Notes: generated by a model from the sequence alone, not told the origin. Shown: positions 6,483-16,305, counted from the stretch's first letter. The stretch is 41,206 nt of DNA from a candidate division WWE3 bacterium (GCA_003564915.1 PXDX01000118.1:1-41206); one strand, 5' to 3'. Translations and numbers: made by a program.

Positions 6483-8426
6483 ATGGAAGACCTGTCTACA
6501 GAATTAAATTCGGCACAAAAGGAAGCCGTAATGCACGGAGAGGGGCCGGCTCTGGTAGTTGCAGGTCCCGGAAGTGGAAAAACACGCGTGTTAACCTACC
6601 GGGCGGCCTACCTAATCAATTGTTTAGGTGTATCCCAATTCAATATCTTAGCTGTTACTTTTACTAATAAGGCCGCCAGAGAGATAAAGAGCAGAGTTTC
6701 TATGTTGTCGGGCGATTCTTCGGTCAAGATTCCGTGGAGCGGGACTTTCCATTCAATTGCAGCTAGGATCTTACGAAGGGACGGGCAGCATATAGGTATT
6801 GAAAGGGATTTCGTTATTTACGATACTAACGATCAGCACTCTCTCATAAAAAAGATCATCCGGGAGATTGGTCTGGATTCTAAAAGAGTCAGACCCAAGG
6901 CTGTAATGAGTTCCATATCCGGCGCTAAGTCCGAACTTGTAACTTCCTCTGAATATTTCGAATTGGCATCAGGGTATTTTAACAAAGCGGTTTCAAAGAT
7001 CTATCCTGAATATCAAAAACAGCTTAGAAAGAACAATGCTCTGGATTTTGATGATCTTTTAATGGAGTTGGTTAGGCTTTTGGATGAAAGTCCCAGAACT
7101 TTGGCTAAATATCAGGATATTTTTCAGCATGTTCTGGTTGACGAGTATCAGGATACTAATAAAGCTCAGTACGTGATAACAAAACAACTTTCAGACAAAC
7201 ACAAGAATCTATTTGTTGTAGGTGATATGTCTCAGGCTATTTACAGTTTCAGAGGAGCTGATTATAGGAATATTCTCAATTTTCAGCGCGACTTTGAAAA
7301 TGCTGCAGTCTACAATCTGGATCAAAACTATCGTTCAACTCAGAACATTTTGGATGCAGCCAAGAAGGTCATTAGAAACAACTCTACTCATATCCCATTG
7401 GAGTTATGGACTGAAAAAGAATCCGGAGATTCTTTGACCTTACATACCGCCGTCAACGAAAAGGATGAGGCCGGATTCGTGGTGGAGAAAATATCTGAAG
7501 CTTTGATGGAAGGGAAGTCCTACAATGATATTGCCGTTTTGTATCGTACAAACGCCCAATCAAGAAATATTGAGGAAGCGCTGATAAAGAACAGTATTCC
7601 ATATAGAATATTCGGAGGCTTTAGATTTTATTCGCGGAAAGAGATTAAAGATGCCGTCGGGTTTTTGAGAGTTCTTTATAATCCGAGGGATAGGGTTTCC
7701 TGGGAAAGAATTATTAACGTTCCTCCGAGAGGTGTAGGTAAAGTAACTTTAGAGAGGATCAAAAATAACGATTGGAATTTGGATCTGATCGAAAAGGAAA
7801 CGCGACTCCCCTGGAGGAATTGGATCGACAGGGTATCTTCTCTAACTACGTTGGAACTCCTCGACCTTGTTTTGGACGGTACCGGATATATTGACCATAT
7901 TGATGACGGTTCGGAAGAAGGTAAAGATCGTATTGATAATCTTCGGGAGTTAAGATCCGTTGCGGATCTTTTTTCTGATCCGGCCGATTTTTTGGAGAAC
8001 GTGTCTTTGGTTGAAAGTGCCAATAAACCCAATACCTCCGAAGTTGATGCAGTAACGTTAATGACGGTGCATTCATCTAAAGGATTGGAATTTCCTGTGA
8101 TTTTTTTGGTCGGAATGGAGGAAGGCATATTTCCTCACAGACAATCTATTTTGGAGAGAGAAGAGCTGGAGGAAGAGAGAAGACTTTGCTATGTGGCCAT
8201 AACTCGTGCTATGGAGAAGGTTTTTCTGACAAAGACAAGGTTACGGTTATATTTTGGCAGTACTCAAGCAAACCCGCCCAGCCGGTTCATTGAGGAAATA
8301 GGAGATGAATTGCTCGATCTAACGGGCGGGGATTCTACTCCCGCTGACAGGAGAAAAAGAACCTCTGTAAAGGATTTTCTTGATGAACTGGACTACGATC
8401 GTAAAGATTTTAGCTGGGATAGTTAA
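6483..8426 (+). CDS. pcrA: ATP-dependent DNA helicase, UvrD/PcrA/Rep family
   Basis: Contains LNSAQKEAV, Walker A AGPGSGKT, VDEYQDTN, and the SF1 motifs TVHSSKGLEFPVIF and YVAITRA. Confidence 0.9.
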   Translation: MEDLSTELNSAQKEAVMHGEGPALVVAGPGSGKTRVLTYRAAYLINCLGVSQFNILAVTFTNKAAREIKSRVSMLSGDSSVKIPWSGTFHSIAARILRRDGQHIGIERDFVIYDTNDQHSLIKKIIREIGLDSKRVRPKAVMSSISGAKSELVTSSEYFELASGYFNKAVSKIYPEYQKQLRKNNALDFDDLLMELVRLLDESPRTLAKYQDIFQHVLVDEYQDTNKAQYVITKQLSDKHKNLFVVGDMSQAIYSFRGADYRNILNFQRDFENAAVYNLDQNYRSTQNILDAAKKVIRNNSTHIPLELWTEKESGDSLTLHTAVNEKDEAGFVVEKISEALMEGKSYNDIAVLYRTNAQSRNIEEALIKNSIPYRIFGGFRFYSRKEIKDAVGFLRVLYNPRDRVSWERIINVPPRGVGKVTLERIKNNDWNLDLIEKETRLPWRNWIDRVSSLTTLELLDLVLDGTGYIDHIDDGSEEGKDRIDNLRELRSVADLFSDPADFLENVSLVESANKPNTSEVDAVTLMTVHSSKGLEFPVIFLVGMEEGIFPHRQSILEREELEEERRLCYVAITRAMEKVFLTKTRLRLYFGSTQANPPSRFIEEIGDELLDLTGGDSTPADRRKRTSVKDFLDELDYDRKDFSWDS

Positions 8427-8506
8427 AAATTGAACGCGGCTTTTCTCAAGAACCGCAAAAAGATTTCCCGTTAATATCAGTTTTCACATACATTTATTTG
8501 TTCCGT

Positions 8507-8512
8507 TATAAT
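8507..8512 (+). promoter_or_regulatory. -10 box TATAAT, 6 nt upstream of the rsmA ATG (TTCACA lies 18 nt upstream)
   Basis: TTCACA-18 nt-TATAAT-gcattc-ATG. Confidence 0.45.
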
Positions 8513-8518
8513 GCATTC

Positions 8519-9298
8519 ATGCGGTATAAGCCTAAAAAGTCATTAGGTCAAAATTTTATGATAAATGACCAGATCGCAAGATATATGGTTTATTCCCTTG
8601 ATCCCGAACCCGGAGATGACGTTGTTGAGATAGGTGCAGGCCTCGGAGCTTTAACAAGACATCTCTCGAAGGCTTTGTATGAGCCCGATTCCCACATATA
8701 TGCCATAGATATTGATGCACGATTTACTTCCAAGCTGGAAGCCATGTTCGGAAGCTCGTTGAATGTTCGGGTAGTTGAGGCCGATATACTTGAATGGCTG
8801 CCCGATAAGGAATTTGTTGGCGATTTCAAAGTTCTAGGTTCTTTGCCGTATTATATTACTTCTCCTATTTTGCATATGCTTGTAAAACTTCATAGGAGGC
8901 CCACTAAAAGCGTCTTATTGATACAAAAGGAGGTAGGTGAAAAGATAGCGGCTCAATCGCCCGATGCCTCATATCTTTCAGTGTTCCTGCAGACCTTTTT
9001 TGAAGTTACTTACTTAAAGACCGTTTCCAGGGAGATTTTCAAGCCTACACCAAAGGTTGATGGCGCAATAGTTTCTTTGGATAGGGTAGATGTGGAGGAA
9101 CCTTTCGATAATCAGGAAAACATTGAACTATATGAAAAATTTCTTCATCGTGGTTTTTCTTTTCCCAGGAAGATGTTGAACAAGGTTTTTTCAAAAAAGG
9201 AATTGGAAGTAATTGATCTTAACCCGACACTAAGACCGCAAGCTGTTCCGGTAGACTCCTGGAAAGAAGTGTTCATAAAACTAACCGATAAGAAGTAA
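8519..9298 (+). CDS. rsmA: 16S rRNA (adenine1518/1519-N6)-dimethyltransferase RsmA/KsgA
   Basis: Contains KKSLGQNFMIN and the SAM motif VVEIGAGLGALT. I preferred the ATG at 8519 over the TTG at 8498. Confidence 0.85.
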   Translation: MRYKPKKSLGQNFMINDQIARYMVYSLDPEPGDDVVEIGAGLGALTRHLSKALYEPDSHIYAIDIDARFTSKLEAMFGSSLNVRVVEADILEWLPDKEFVGDFKVLGSLPYYITSPILHMLVKLHRRPTKSVLLIQKEVGEKIAAQSPDASYLSVFLQTFFEVTYLKTVSREIFKPTPKVDGAIVSLDRVDVEEPFDNQENIELYEKFLHRGFSFPRKMLNKVFSKKELEVIDLNPTLRPQAVPVDSWKEVFIKLTDKK

Positions 9299-9448
9299 CG
9301 CAGGTTTTTAAGAAGTAAAATTTGAGGAAGCCTCCCGCGTGACCAACAAAGGGGAAGCTCCCCCAAAAGGAAAACCCATCTCCTGATCCTCCTTGCACAT
9401 AATTTATTAGATAATCTCATATAAGTCAAATTTTTATTGGATTGTGTG

Positions 9449-9454
9449 TATACT
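9449..9454 (+). promoter_or_regulatory. -10 box TATACT, 6 nt upstream of the nth ATG
   Basis: TATACT-taaaac-ATG. Confidence 0.4.
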
Positions 9455-9460
9455 TAAAAC

Positions 9461-10093
9461 ATGGGTAAAAAGAGATACTCACAGGAAATTGCTTCCAGAA
9501 TGAAGAAGAACTACCCGTCCCCTAGAACGGAGCTAGAGTACGAGAATGAAATGCAGCTCTTTATTGCGGTCTTGCTTTCTTCGCAGACAACCGACACAAA
9601 AGTCAATGAGGTAACGGGATCCCTCTTTTCTAAGTATGAATCTTGGGCCGATATTGCCGAGGCAGATGAGGAGGAGCTTGAGAAAGATCTGTATGGGGTT
9701 AATTTCCATAAGACCAAGGCCAGGAGAGTAAAAAAGTGCGCACAATTGATTGAGGATAGATTTGGGGGAGAAGTCCCAGATAATATGGAAGATCTTACAT
9801 CCCTTCCCGGCATAGCAAGGAAAAGTGCTAACGTGATCCTGCAGGAGCTTTGGGATATCGCAGAAGGTATTGTTGTAGATACCCATGTGAGCAGGGTGAG
9901 TAAAAGATTGGGACTGGTGGATACTGATAATGCTAAGAAGATAGAGAGAAAGCTAATGGATCTGATACCCAAAAGCTACTGGAGAAACTTTTCCGGAGCA
10001 ATGGTTCTTCATGGGAGGTATATTTGTGTAGCTAGAAAGCCAAAATGCAGCGAATGTTTTCTAAACGATATCTGCCCCTCCTCGAGGGTTTAG
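9461..10093 (+). CDS. nth: Endonuclease III (DNA-(apurinic/apyrimidinic site) lyase)
   Basis: HhH-GPD region (LTSLPGIARKSANVIL), catalytic D (VVDTHV) and a C-terminal 4Fe-4S motif C-x6-C-x2-C-x5-C. Confidence 0.9.
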   Translation: MGKKRYSQEIASRMKKNYPSPRTELEYENEMQLFIAVLLSSQTTDTKVNEVTGSLFSKYESWADIAEADEEELEKDLYGVNFHKTKARRVKKCAQLIEDRFGGEVPDNMEDLTSLPGIARKSANVILQELWDIAEGIVVDTHVSRVSKRLGLVDTDNAKKIERKLMDLIPKSYWRNFSGAMVLHGRYICVARKPKCSECFLNDICPSSRV

Positions 10094-10095
10094 TG

Positions 10096-11127
10096 CTACC
10101 ACTCTATAGTTATCATTCCCCACTTACGTGAGTTGGCTTCGAGAAAACGAAACGGTCCTCCAGTGGGAAAAGTGTACTCAAAATATTCCCCCGGTTCTAT
10201 TGGAACATCATCATTAAGATTTTCATAACCTTTGTCTAAAGGGCGAAGTATTATGGCTTCCAAGGATGAATTTACCCAGCGCACCCTTTGACCTTTAACG
10301 GGATTTAGATGACCCTTCTCCCATTCACCAAATTCGGTGAACACTATTTCATAAATTTCCTGTTGCCGTTCTTTTTGTATTGGGGTTAATTCTCTTTCTT
10401 TTGGTTCCAGGTCATTCTCGTCATCAAAATCCTCCAATATCGGAGATGTGCGCCTTCTTTCCGTGAATCCAGCCTCCAAAACCTCTTCTTTGATCAATCT
10501 TTCCAGATGTTCCGGGTCCGTGATATCAAGTTCTTCTCCGTTTAGAAAGAAAGCGGGGGTATAAGTGATTCCCAGGTTTTCCGCATTGGAAATATCGGCT
10601 TCAATGACCGCATCAAATTTTGAATCTTCCATATCAGCGGAAAATTTTTCTTCATCCAGTCCAAGCACGTCCGCTATCAAGATCAAATCGCTTTTGTTCG
10701 GTATTCTCTCAAGTTTCCACGAGAAAATTTCATCCAGATAATCCCAGAATCTACCTTGTTCTCCGGCAACTTGAGCTGCTTTTGCCACCAAAATAGCATT
10801 AGGTTCGGAGGTGTAAGGACGGATAGCTATGCTCAAATGAGAGCGGTAATCTTGATATAAGGATAACATCGCGCCATAGTAATCCAGTTCTGATTTTGAT
10901 GTGTAATCAGAGAACATTACTAGGACTAAAGGAGCGTTCGGCACTCCTTTCAAATAAGTATGCGGGGCAATAACATCCGTCTCTCTGATCGCTGTTAGGT
11001 CGGGGGATTCAGATCTCCTTGTTTGAGATATCCCAATAATGATGATAAAGACAGTTAGAAGTAAGGTTCCGGTAACGAAAATTGGCAAGTTTCTTTTTAT
11101 GAGTTTTAAGTAATTCTTCTTTTTCAT
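10096..11127 (-). CDS. Membrane-anchored DsbA/thioredoxin-like protein lacking CxxC, with a C-terminal cupredoxin-like beta domain
   Basis: N-terminal TM helix. The DsbA-like region VLVMFSDYTSKSELDYY has S..E where FSDFQCPFC is expected. The C-terminal VKGQRVRWVNSS...IEPGEYFEYTF...GMITIEW has a cupredoxin-like pattern without Cys/His ligands. Confidence 0.5.
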   Translation of the reverse strand: MKKKNYLKLIKRNLPIFVTGTLLLTVFIIIIGISQTRRSESPDLTAIRETDVIAPHTYLKGVPNAPLVLVMFSDYTSKSELDYYGAMLSLYQDYRSHLSIAIRPYTSEPNAILVAKAAQVAGEQGRFWDYLDEIFSWKLERIPNKSDLILIADVLGLDEEKFSADMEDSKFDAVIEADISNAENLGITYTPAFFLNGEELDITDPEHLERLIKEEVLEAGFTERRRTSPILEDFDDENDLEPKERELTPIQKERQQEIYEIVFTEFGEWEKGHLNPVKGQRVRWVNSSLEAIILRPLDKGYENLNDDVPIEPGEYFEYTFPTGGPFRFLEANSRKWGMITIEW

Positions 11128-11129
11128 AT

Positions 11130-12074
11130 TTAAATTTTATGGATAGGCTCTTGACCTTTGATAAGAACTTTTATAATATTTTCTGCCACCATTCTGGCCA
11201 TCTGTATTCTAGCTTCTTTGGTTGCACTTGCAATATGTGGAGTAAGGACAACGTTGTCCAGATTAATTAATTCCTCCGGAATTTTAGGCTCATCCTCAAA
11301 TACGTCCAGACCGGCTCCCGCTATCCATTTTTCCCGCAGAGCGCGTATCAAGGATTTCTCGTTAATTACCGGACCTCTAGATGTATTTATTAAAAGGGAA
11401 GTAGGTTTCATTTTTTTCAGCTCAGGCTCATCAATAAGATGGCGGGTTTCTTCTGTAAGTGAGCAATTAAGCGAAACAACATCCGATATTTCCAGAAGTT
11501 CATCCAGGGAAAGGAACGATGCCCCCGAGGAGGGCTTCTTGAACCTGCTGTTATAGACTATTCTCATTCCAAATCCTTTTTGGCACATCTCCGCTACGTA
11601 TTGACCTATCCTACCAAAGCCAACTACTCCGAGCGTTTTTCCTATAAATGTTGTTCCTAAGAACAGCATGGGATCCCAAAATTCATACTCTCCTTTTCTG
11701 ATATATTTATCTGCCTGAACTATATTTCTACCAACCGCTGTCATGAGAGCTATCGTGTGTTCCGCAACCGATTGGGTTAGATCCCCCGGAGTATTTGAGA
11801 CGTATATTCCCTTCTTTTCTGCTGCGTAAGTATCTATATGATCGTATCCAACAGAGAAGGCCGCAATTATTTTTAAGTTCTTTCCTGCGTTGATGATGTC
11901 TTCATCTATAACGTCAGGTATAACGGGAACAATTGCATGCACATCCCGTACCGATTCTATTAGCTCTTCCCTTGACAGGGGAGGACCGTTTCTGCAGTCT
12001 ATTTCCAGATCGGCATGTTCCTGTAACATTCTTATCCCTGCCTTTGGAATTTCTCGAGTGATCAGAATTTTCAT
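11130..12074 (-). CDS. D-isomer-specific 2-hydroxyacid dehydrogenase (glycerate dehydrogenase / hydroxypyruvate reductase-like)
   Basis: NAD-binding motif GKTLGVVGFGRIGQYVA, then INTSRG and DVFEDEP...TPHIASAT. Confidence 0.85.
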   Translation of the reverse strand: MKILITREIPKAGIRMLQEHADLEIDCRNGPPLSREELIESVRDVHAIVPVIPDVIDEDIINAGKNLKIIAAFSVGYDHIDTYAAEKKGIYVSNTPGDLTQSVAEHTIALMTAVGRNIVQADKYIRKGEYEFWDPMLFLGTTFIGKTLGVVGFGRIGQYVAEMCQKGFGMRIVYNSRFKKPSSGASFLSLDELLEISDVVSLNCSLTEETRHLIDEPELKKMKPTSLLINTSRGPVINEKSLIRALREKWIAGAGLDVFEDEPKIPEELINLDNVVLTPHIASATKEARIQMARMVAENIIKVLIKGQEPIHKI

Positions 12075-12080
12075 AATTTT

Positions 12081-12089
12081 ATGTTAGCA
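12081..12089 (-). promoter_or_regulatory. Extended -10 TGcTAACAT, 6 nt upstream of the ATG at 12074
   Basis: The minus strand reads TGCTAACAT-aaaatt-ATG. Confidence 0.4.
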
Positions 12090-12122
12090 CAATAGGGATC
12101 AGTTTAGGTAATGCCGTGATTA

Positions 12123-13091
12123 TTACTCAAGCGCCTCGATCTCTTCCTTACTTAAGAGACCGTTGATAGCACCTATTTTTCTTATTACATGGGAGGAATT
12201 AATCGATCCCCACCTCATAGCTGTCTTTAAGGACTTGCCGTAGTGGAGAGCCGAGATGAAAGCCCCTGTGTACGAATCTCCCGCTCCGGTCTTATCCACT
12301 ATCTCCGTGTCCTTGCTGTATATTTTTTCCGTTTCCATAATATTCCCGTCATGGGAAGTTGATCCGTCTGATCCCAAGGTAATTATTGTAACTTTAGGGC
12401 CCAGTTTTTGGAGCTTCTCATGAAGTCTCTCCACATCTTTTTCTTTGATGTCAGTAAGCCTTTGGGCTTCCTCTTTGTTCACAAAAAGTACGTCCGTAAC
12501 TTCCAGAATATTCTTTAACGAATCAACTCCCTCCCGTAACTGTTGTGTACCCGGATTAAATATAACCCCGATCTCCGGATTGTCCTTTATATAATTGATC
12601 AGTTGCGCTTGAAAATCGTCAAAACCTTTTGCCAAGGAAGAATAGAAAATCCATTTGGGAACAGGCCAATCATATAATTTATAATCTCTTTTTTCATGAT
12701 AAGAAAATATTGTTCTTTCTCCTCCCCTCCCGCTTACTATTACCGCATGCACATTTGTGGGGCTGTTTTTGTTCTTGATACAATAGGATGTATTTATACC
12801 CATCTCTTTAAGCTCTTCCTCGATCCTATCTCCGTTGGCGTCTTGACCCAGCTCAGTGTAGATAGCTGTTTTTACTCCCATCCTAGTGCAGGCGACCGCT
12901 ACATTACAGGAATTCCCGGCTATAGATGTTTTAAATCTATCCACTGGGACCTTACTTCCGTGTAAAAAACAGATTTCGGATTTTCCCTCTACTTCCATTT
13001 CTGTGGCAATATAATTTCTATCTATTTTCATGAAGAGATCTATTGAACTGTCTCCTATAGTAAGGAGGTCGATTCCATTGTTTTTATTCAT
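12123..13091 (-). CDS. PfkB-family carbohydrate kinase (ribokinase-like)
   Basis: Contains the PfkB signature DKTGAGDSYTGAFISAL and an N-terminal GDSSIDLF. It overlaps the upstream gene by 8 nt. Confidence 0.8.
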   Translation of the reverse strand: MNKNNGIDLLTIGDSSIDLFMKIDRNYIATEMEVEGKSEICFLHGSKVPVDRFKTSIAGNSCNVAVACTRMGVKTAIYTELGQDANGDRIEEELKEMGINTSYCIKNKNSPTNVHAVIVSGRGGERTIFSYHEKRDYKLYDWPVPKWIFYSSLAKGFDDFQAQLINYIKDNPEIGVIFNPGTQQLREGVDSLKNILEVTDVLFVNKEEAQRLTDIKEKDVERLHEKLQKLGPKVTIITLGSDGSTSHDGNIMETEKIYSKDTEIVDKTGAGDSYTGAFISALHYGKSLKTAMRWGSINSSHVIRKIGAINGLLSKEEIEALE

Positions 13092-14043
13092 TCTTGATCT
13101 TATCTAAGATAATTTTCTTGATACCTTCTTTATCCATTCTATATTTTTTCTTTAGTTCTTCAAAGGAGCCTGATTCTCCAAACTCGTTATTCATGCCTAC
13201 TCTACTGATAAGGTATTTTTCTCTCTCCTCTGAAAGCATTTCACATATTAGGCTACCGAATCCCGCATCAATTTGGTGTTCCTCTATAGTTATTATTTTT
13301 CTGATACCGCCCAAGCTCTTTAAAAGGTCTTTGATATTAAAAGGCTTTATGGTCGGACAATTTATTACTCTCACCGTATTCGGGTGTTTTTTGTTGATTT
13401 CCTGGGCCGCGTTGAGCCCGTCGGATACTATAGTTCCAGTTCCCACTAGAGCAATTTTCTCTCCTTTCTCCATGATCCTCATCTTTCCTATCTTAAAGGA
13501 GTGTTGGGGAGTTGTTATAACTTCGGTTTTTGCGCGGCTTAACCTAACGTATACGGGTCCCTCTATTTCGAAGGCGGCCTTTACAGCTCTCTTTGCTTCC
13601 CAGAAATCGCATGGGGAAAGTATTTTTACGTTTGGGAGAGCTCTCATTATAGCTATATCTTCCAAAGATTGATGGGTAGCGCCGTCTCTGTCGGCAGACA
13701 AGCCCGTGTGCGTAGCGAACATTTTGACATTGGCATCGTTGTAGCAAATACTGACCCGTATTTGATCCCAGTTTCTTCCCGGAGAAAAGACACCAAACGA
13801 TGCCATAACAGGTATCTTGCCCGTAAAAGAAAGTCCCGCAGCTACTGAGGCCATGTTTTGCTCGGCTACTCCGACCTCGATGAACCTTTCAGGATATTTT
13901 TTAGCGAAAGGCAGTATTCTTGTGGATTCGGCTAAATCGGCTGAAATTACAACTATTTTGCTATTTTCTTTGGCCAAATCCAGTAATGTTTCTCCGAAAG
14001 CATCTCTGGTCGATCTAAGTTCTCTCTTTGTACTTTTACTCAT
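13084..14043 (-). CDS. Transketolase, C-terminal (pyrimidine-binding) subunit
   Basis: Contains RDAFGETLLDLA, FIEVGVAEQNM and THQSLEDIAIMRALPN. This is the split-type transketolase. Confidence 0.9.
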   Translation of the reverse strand: MSKSTKRELRSTRDAFGETLLDLAKENSKIVVISADLAESTRILPFAKKYPERFIEVGVAEQNMASVAAGLSFTGKIPVMASFGVFSPGRNWDQIRVSICYNDANVKMFATHTGLSADRDGATHQSLEDIAIMRALPNVKILSPCDFWEAKRAVKAAFEIEGPVYVRLSRAKTEVITTPQHSFKIGKMRIMEKGEKIALVGTGTIVSDGLNAAQEINKKHPNTVRVINCPTIKPFNIKDLLKSLGGIRKIITIEEHQIDAGFGSLICEMLSEEREKYLISRVGMNNEFGESGSFEELKKKYRMDKEGIKKIILDKIKNE

Positions 14044-14062
14044 AAGGGCAGTTCCAAATTAG

Positions 14063-14251
14063 TTAGGGAAGCCTTTGGGGCATCTGAGTTTCCTCACTGA
14101 CTTCCCTTCCTTCCAGGGAGGAACGGTCTCCGGCACTAGCGGAATCTCCTACAATATCGGCTCCAAATAGAAAATATCCTGCTCCAACGATCAGTGTGAT
14201 CAATATTATTATTGGGAGAAGGTTTATGTATTGCTTTAATTTAGTCTTCAT
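14063..14251 (-). CDS. Possible small single-pass membrane protein between the transketolase halves
   Basis: 62-aa ATG ORF that fills the 197-nt gap. It has an N-terminal TM helix (LLPIIILITLIVGAGYFLF) and overlaps the upstream stop by 11 nt. I recognise no homology. Confidence 0.3.
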   Translation of the reverse strand: MKTKLKQYINLLPIIILITLIVGAGYFLFGADIVGDSASAGDRSSLEGREVSEETQMPQRLP

Positions 14252-15095
14252 TTATCTTTTTCTTTAATTTTTTAATTTCTTCGATCGCTTTTTCTGCCTC
14301 TTTAGGGGAGGGAGGCTTGCCGTGCCAAGAAGGATCGTCTTCCATAAAGCTCACTCCTTTTCCAGGCACAGTATGGGCAATTATAGCAGTTGGACGTTTT
14401 GAAATCCTTTTGGCCATAGAAAACGAGCTTTTGATCTCGTCTATACTATGACCGTCTATTTCCAGAACATACCAGTTGAAGCTTTCAATCTTATCCCTTA
14501 GATTTTCCAAAGGCATTACTTGTTTTGTGAAACCGCCTATTTGGATAAGATTTCGGTCGATGATCCAGGTAAGATTATCGAGTTTATATTTCGCTGCCAG
14601 CATCGCCGCTTCCCAGGTTTGCCCTTCGTTTAGCTCTCCATCGCTGGTCATAACATAAGTACGGTTATCTGATTTACTCATCTTTAGCCCTAATGCCGTA
14701 CCAACAGCAACAGATATTCCTTGACCCAAAGAACCCCCCGCAGTTTCAACACCCGGTGTTTTACGATCCGGATGTCCTTGCAAAAGAGAATTTATTTGGC
14801 GGAAGCGATTCATTTCACTTGGGTCAAAGAAACCTCTTTCTGATAATGCAGCGTACAGAATAGGGCAGATATGCCCATTGGAGAGAAAGAATCTGTCCCT
14901 AGATGTTTTTTCCGGTTTTTTTGGATCTATTTTTAGTTCGGAGAAGTAAAGAACCGTGAAGATCTCCGCGGTCCCTAAGGAGCCGGCCGTATGTCCGGAT
15001 TTTGCCTTTTCCAAGCTTTTTATAACCGTAATTCTTAGATCATGCGCAATTTTCTGTAGTCTATCGTTGTTGTCTGCGGGCAGTTTCTTGGCCAT
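14241..15095 (-). CDS. Transketolase, N-terminal (thiamine diphosphate-binding) subunit
   Basis: Contains SGHTAGSLG, LSNGH, GSLGQGISVAVG and SDGELNEGQTWEA. Confidence 0.9.
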   Translation of the reverse strand: MAKKLPADNNDRLQKIAHDLRITVIKSLEKAKSGHTAGSLGTAEIFTVLYFSELKIDPKKPEKTSRDRFFLSNGHICPILYAALSERGFFDPSEMNRFRQINSLLQGHPDRKTPGVETAGGSLGQGISVAVGTALGLKMSKSDNRTYVMTSDGELNEGQTWEAAMLAAKYKLDNLTWIIDRNLIQIGGFTKQVMPLENLRDKIESFNWYVLEIDGHSIDEIKSSFSMAKRISKRPTAIIAHTVPGKGVSFMEDDPSWHGKPPSPKEAEKAIEEIKKLKKKINED

Positions 15096-15103
15096 ATGAT
15101 TTC

Positions 15104-15670
15104 TTATTCTTTTTTATCTAATTTTTGGATGTAACTAAGAACTTCTTCGGGAGTTGAGCATATTTGAAGTAACTCGATCTCTCCCGGCCTCATAAGCATA
15201 TTTTTCTTAATCGATTCAACAATTTCCTCCCAAAAACTTCCGAACAGGATTATGGGTTTATGGTTCCCTTCGTGGATACGTGAACTAGCCCAGCTCATTC
15301 CCAACTCACTTATTGTTCCCGTACTGCCGTTAAAAACAATGTGCACATCATTGTTTTGAAGCATGACCTTGGTTCTATCAAAGTAGTCAAGTGTAACGAT
15401 CTCATCATCGAATGGGTTTTCAGGATCCACGCCCTCATAGTTGGCTTTTTTCTTGTTTGGGTGGTAAGTAACAACAATAACGTTCTGACCGGCTGCTTTA
15501 GCTCCCATTGTTGCAGCCCTCATAACGCCCGGACCCCCTCCGTTCATGATTTTGTATCCGTTTTCGGCCAGTAATTTGGCTGTATCGTAAGCTTCTTTAA
15601 ATACTTTAGAATCGTTTTCCCAGGAGGCTCCTCCGAGAAAGACAATCTTTTCTATTTTTCTTTTTTCCAT
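15104..15670 (-). CDS. LOG-family (TIGR00730-like) Rossmann protein, putative nucleotide 5'-monophosphate phosphoribohydrolase
   Basis: Contains GGGPGVMRAATMGA and NGSTGTISELG. The latter is a variant of the LOG PGGxGTxxE motif. Confidence 0.65.
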   Translation of the reverse strand: MEKRKIEKIVFLGGASWENDSKVFKEAYDTAKLLAENGYKIMNGGGPGVMRAATMGAKAAGQNVIVVTYHPNKKKANYEGVDPENPFDDEIVTLDYFDRTKVMLQNNDVHIVFNGSTGTISELGMSWASSRIHEGNHKPIILFGSFWEEIVESIKKNMLMRPGEIELLQICSTPEEVLSYIQKLDKKE

Positions 15671-16305
15671 TTATTTAATATCCCTTCAAAATTTTTTAAT
15701 CTATCGTATGGAGATTCTGAATTAAATATTGCAGATCCTATTACAACATTATTGGCTCCGGCATTCAAGACCCGGATCAATGTATTTTCATTTATCCCGC
15801 CATCGACTTGGATTGTCAAATCGGGATAGGTGCTCTTCGCTTCTTTTATTTTTGAAATGATCGAGGGGTTGAATTCTCCTCCTTGTGCTCCGGGATTTAC
15901 CGCCATGAGTTGGATTATATCGAAAAGTTCATTAAATGGGAGCAAATTATCTATAGGCGTTTCCGGGTTGAGGGAAAGCCCCGCTTTAAGCCCCTCCTTC
16001 CGGACTACCCTTAACCATTTTATTAGATCTTTTTCAATTTCAATTTGGGAACTGATACCGTGTATCCTATCCGGCAATTTAGAAGCATCTTTAAGGTAGG
16101 GCAGAGGATCTTTCACCATCAAGTGGATATCAAATTTTTGATCTGGGACTATCTTGAGTATATCCTCAAGGTTTTGGTACGTCAGGCCGTCGACTTGATT
16201 TCCATCGGCAACGTCAATTTGAATTACTGGGGCAGATCCCTTTAATGAATTTATTTGACTCTCTATCTTGTTTAGATCTTTTTCTAGGATTCCCGGTATT
16301 ATCAT
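15652..16305 (-). CDS. rpe: Ribulose-phosphate 3-epimerase
   Basis: Contains IIPGIL, IQIDVADGN, DIHLMV, MAVNPG and QVDGGIN. Confidence 0.85.
   Translation of the reverse strand: MIIPGILEKDLNKIESQINSLKGSAPVIQIDVADGNQVDGLTYQNLEDILKIVPDQKFDIHLMVKDPLPYLKDASKLPDRIHGISSQIEIEKDLIKWLRVVRKEGLKAGLSLNPETPIDNLLPFNELFDIIQLMAVNPGAQGGEFNPSIISKIKEAKSTYPDLTIQVDGGINENTLIRVLNAGANNVVIGSAIFNSESPYDRLKNFEGILNKWKKEK

Noticed and set aside
7676-8128. 150-aa antisense ORF within pcrA. The same reasoning applies to the antisense ORFs at 9511-9972, 11158-11556, 13094-13672, 19826-20355, 21709-22137, 26341-26685 and 27036-27542.
   Set aside because: Each is fully embedded opposite a CDS with strong motif support. Their compositions are Ser/Leu/Ile-rich and low-complexity, as is typical of shadow ORFs.
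9299-9460. Intergenic region with two small GAAGC-loop hairpins (GAGGAAGCCTCC and GGGGAAGCTCCCC)
   Set aside because: I considered a riboswitch or small RNA, but no known motif is recognisable. The nth promoter accounts for the 3' part, and the structures are too short to support a call.
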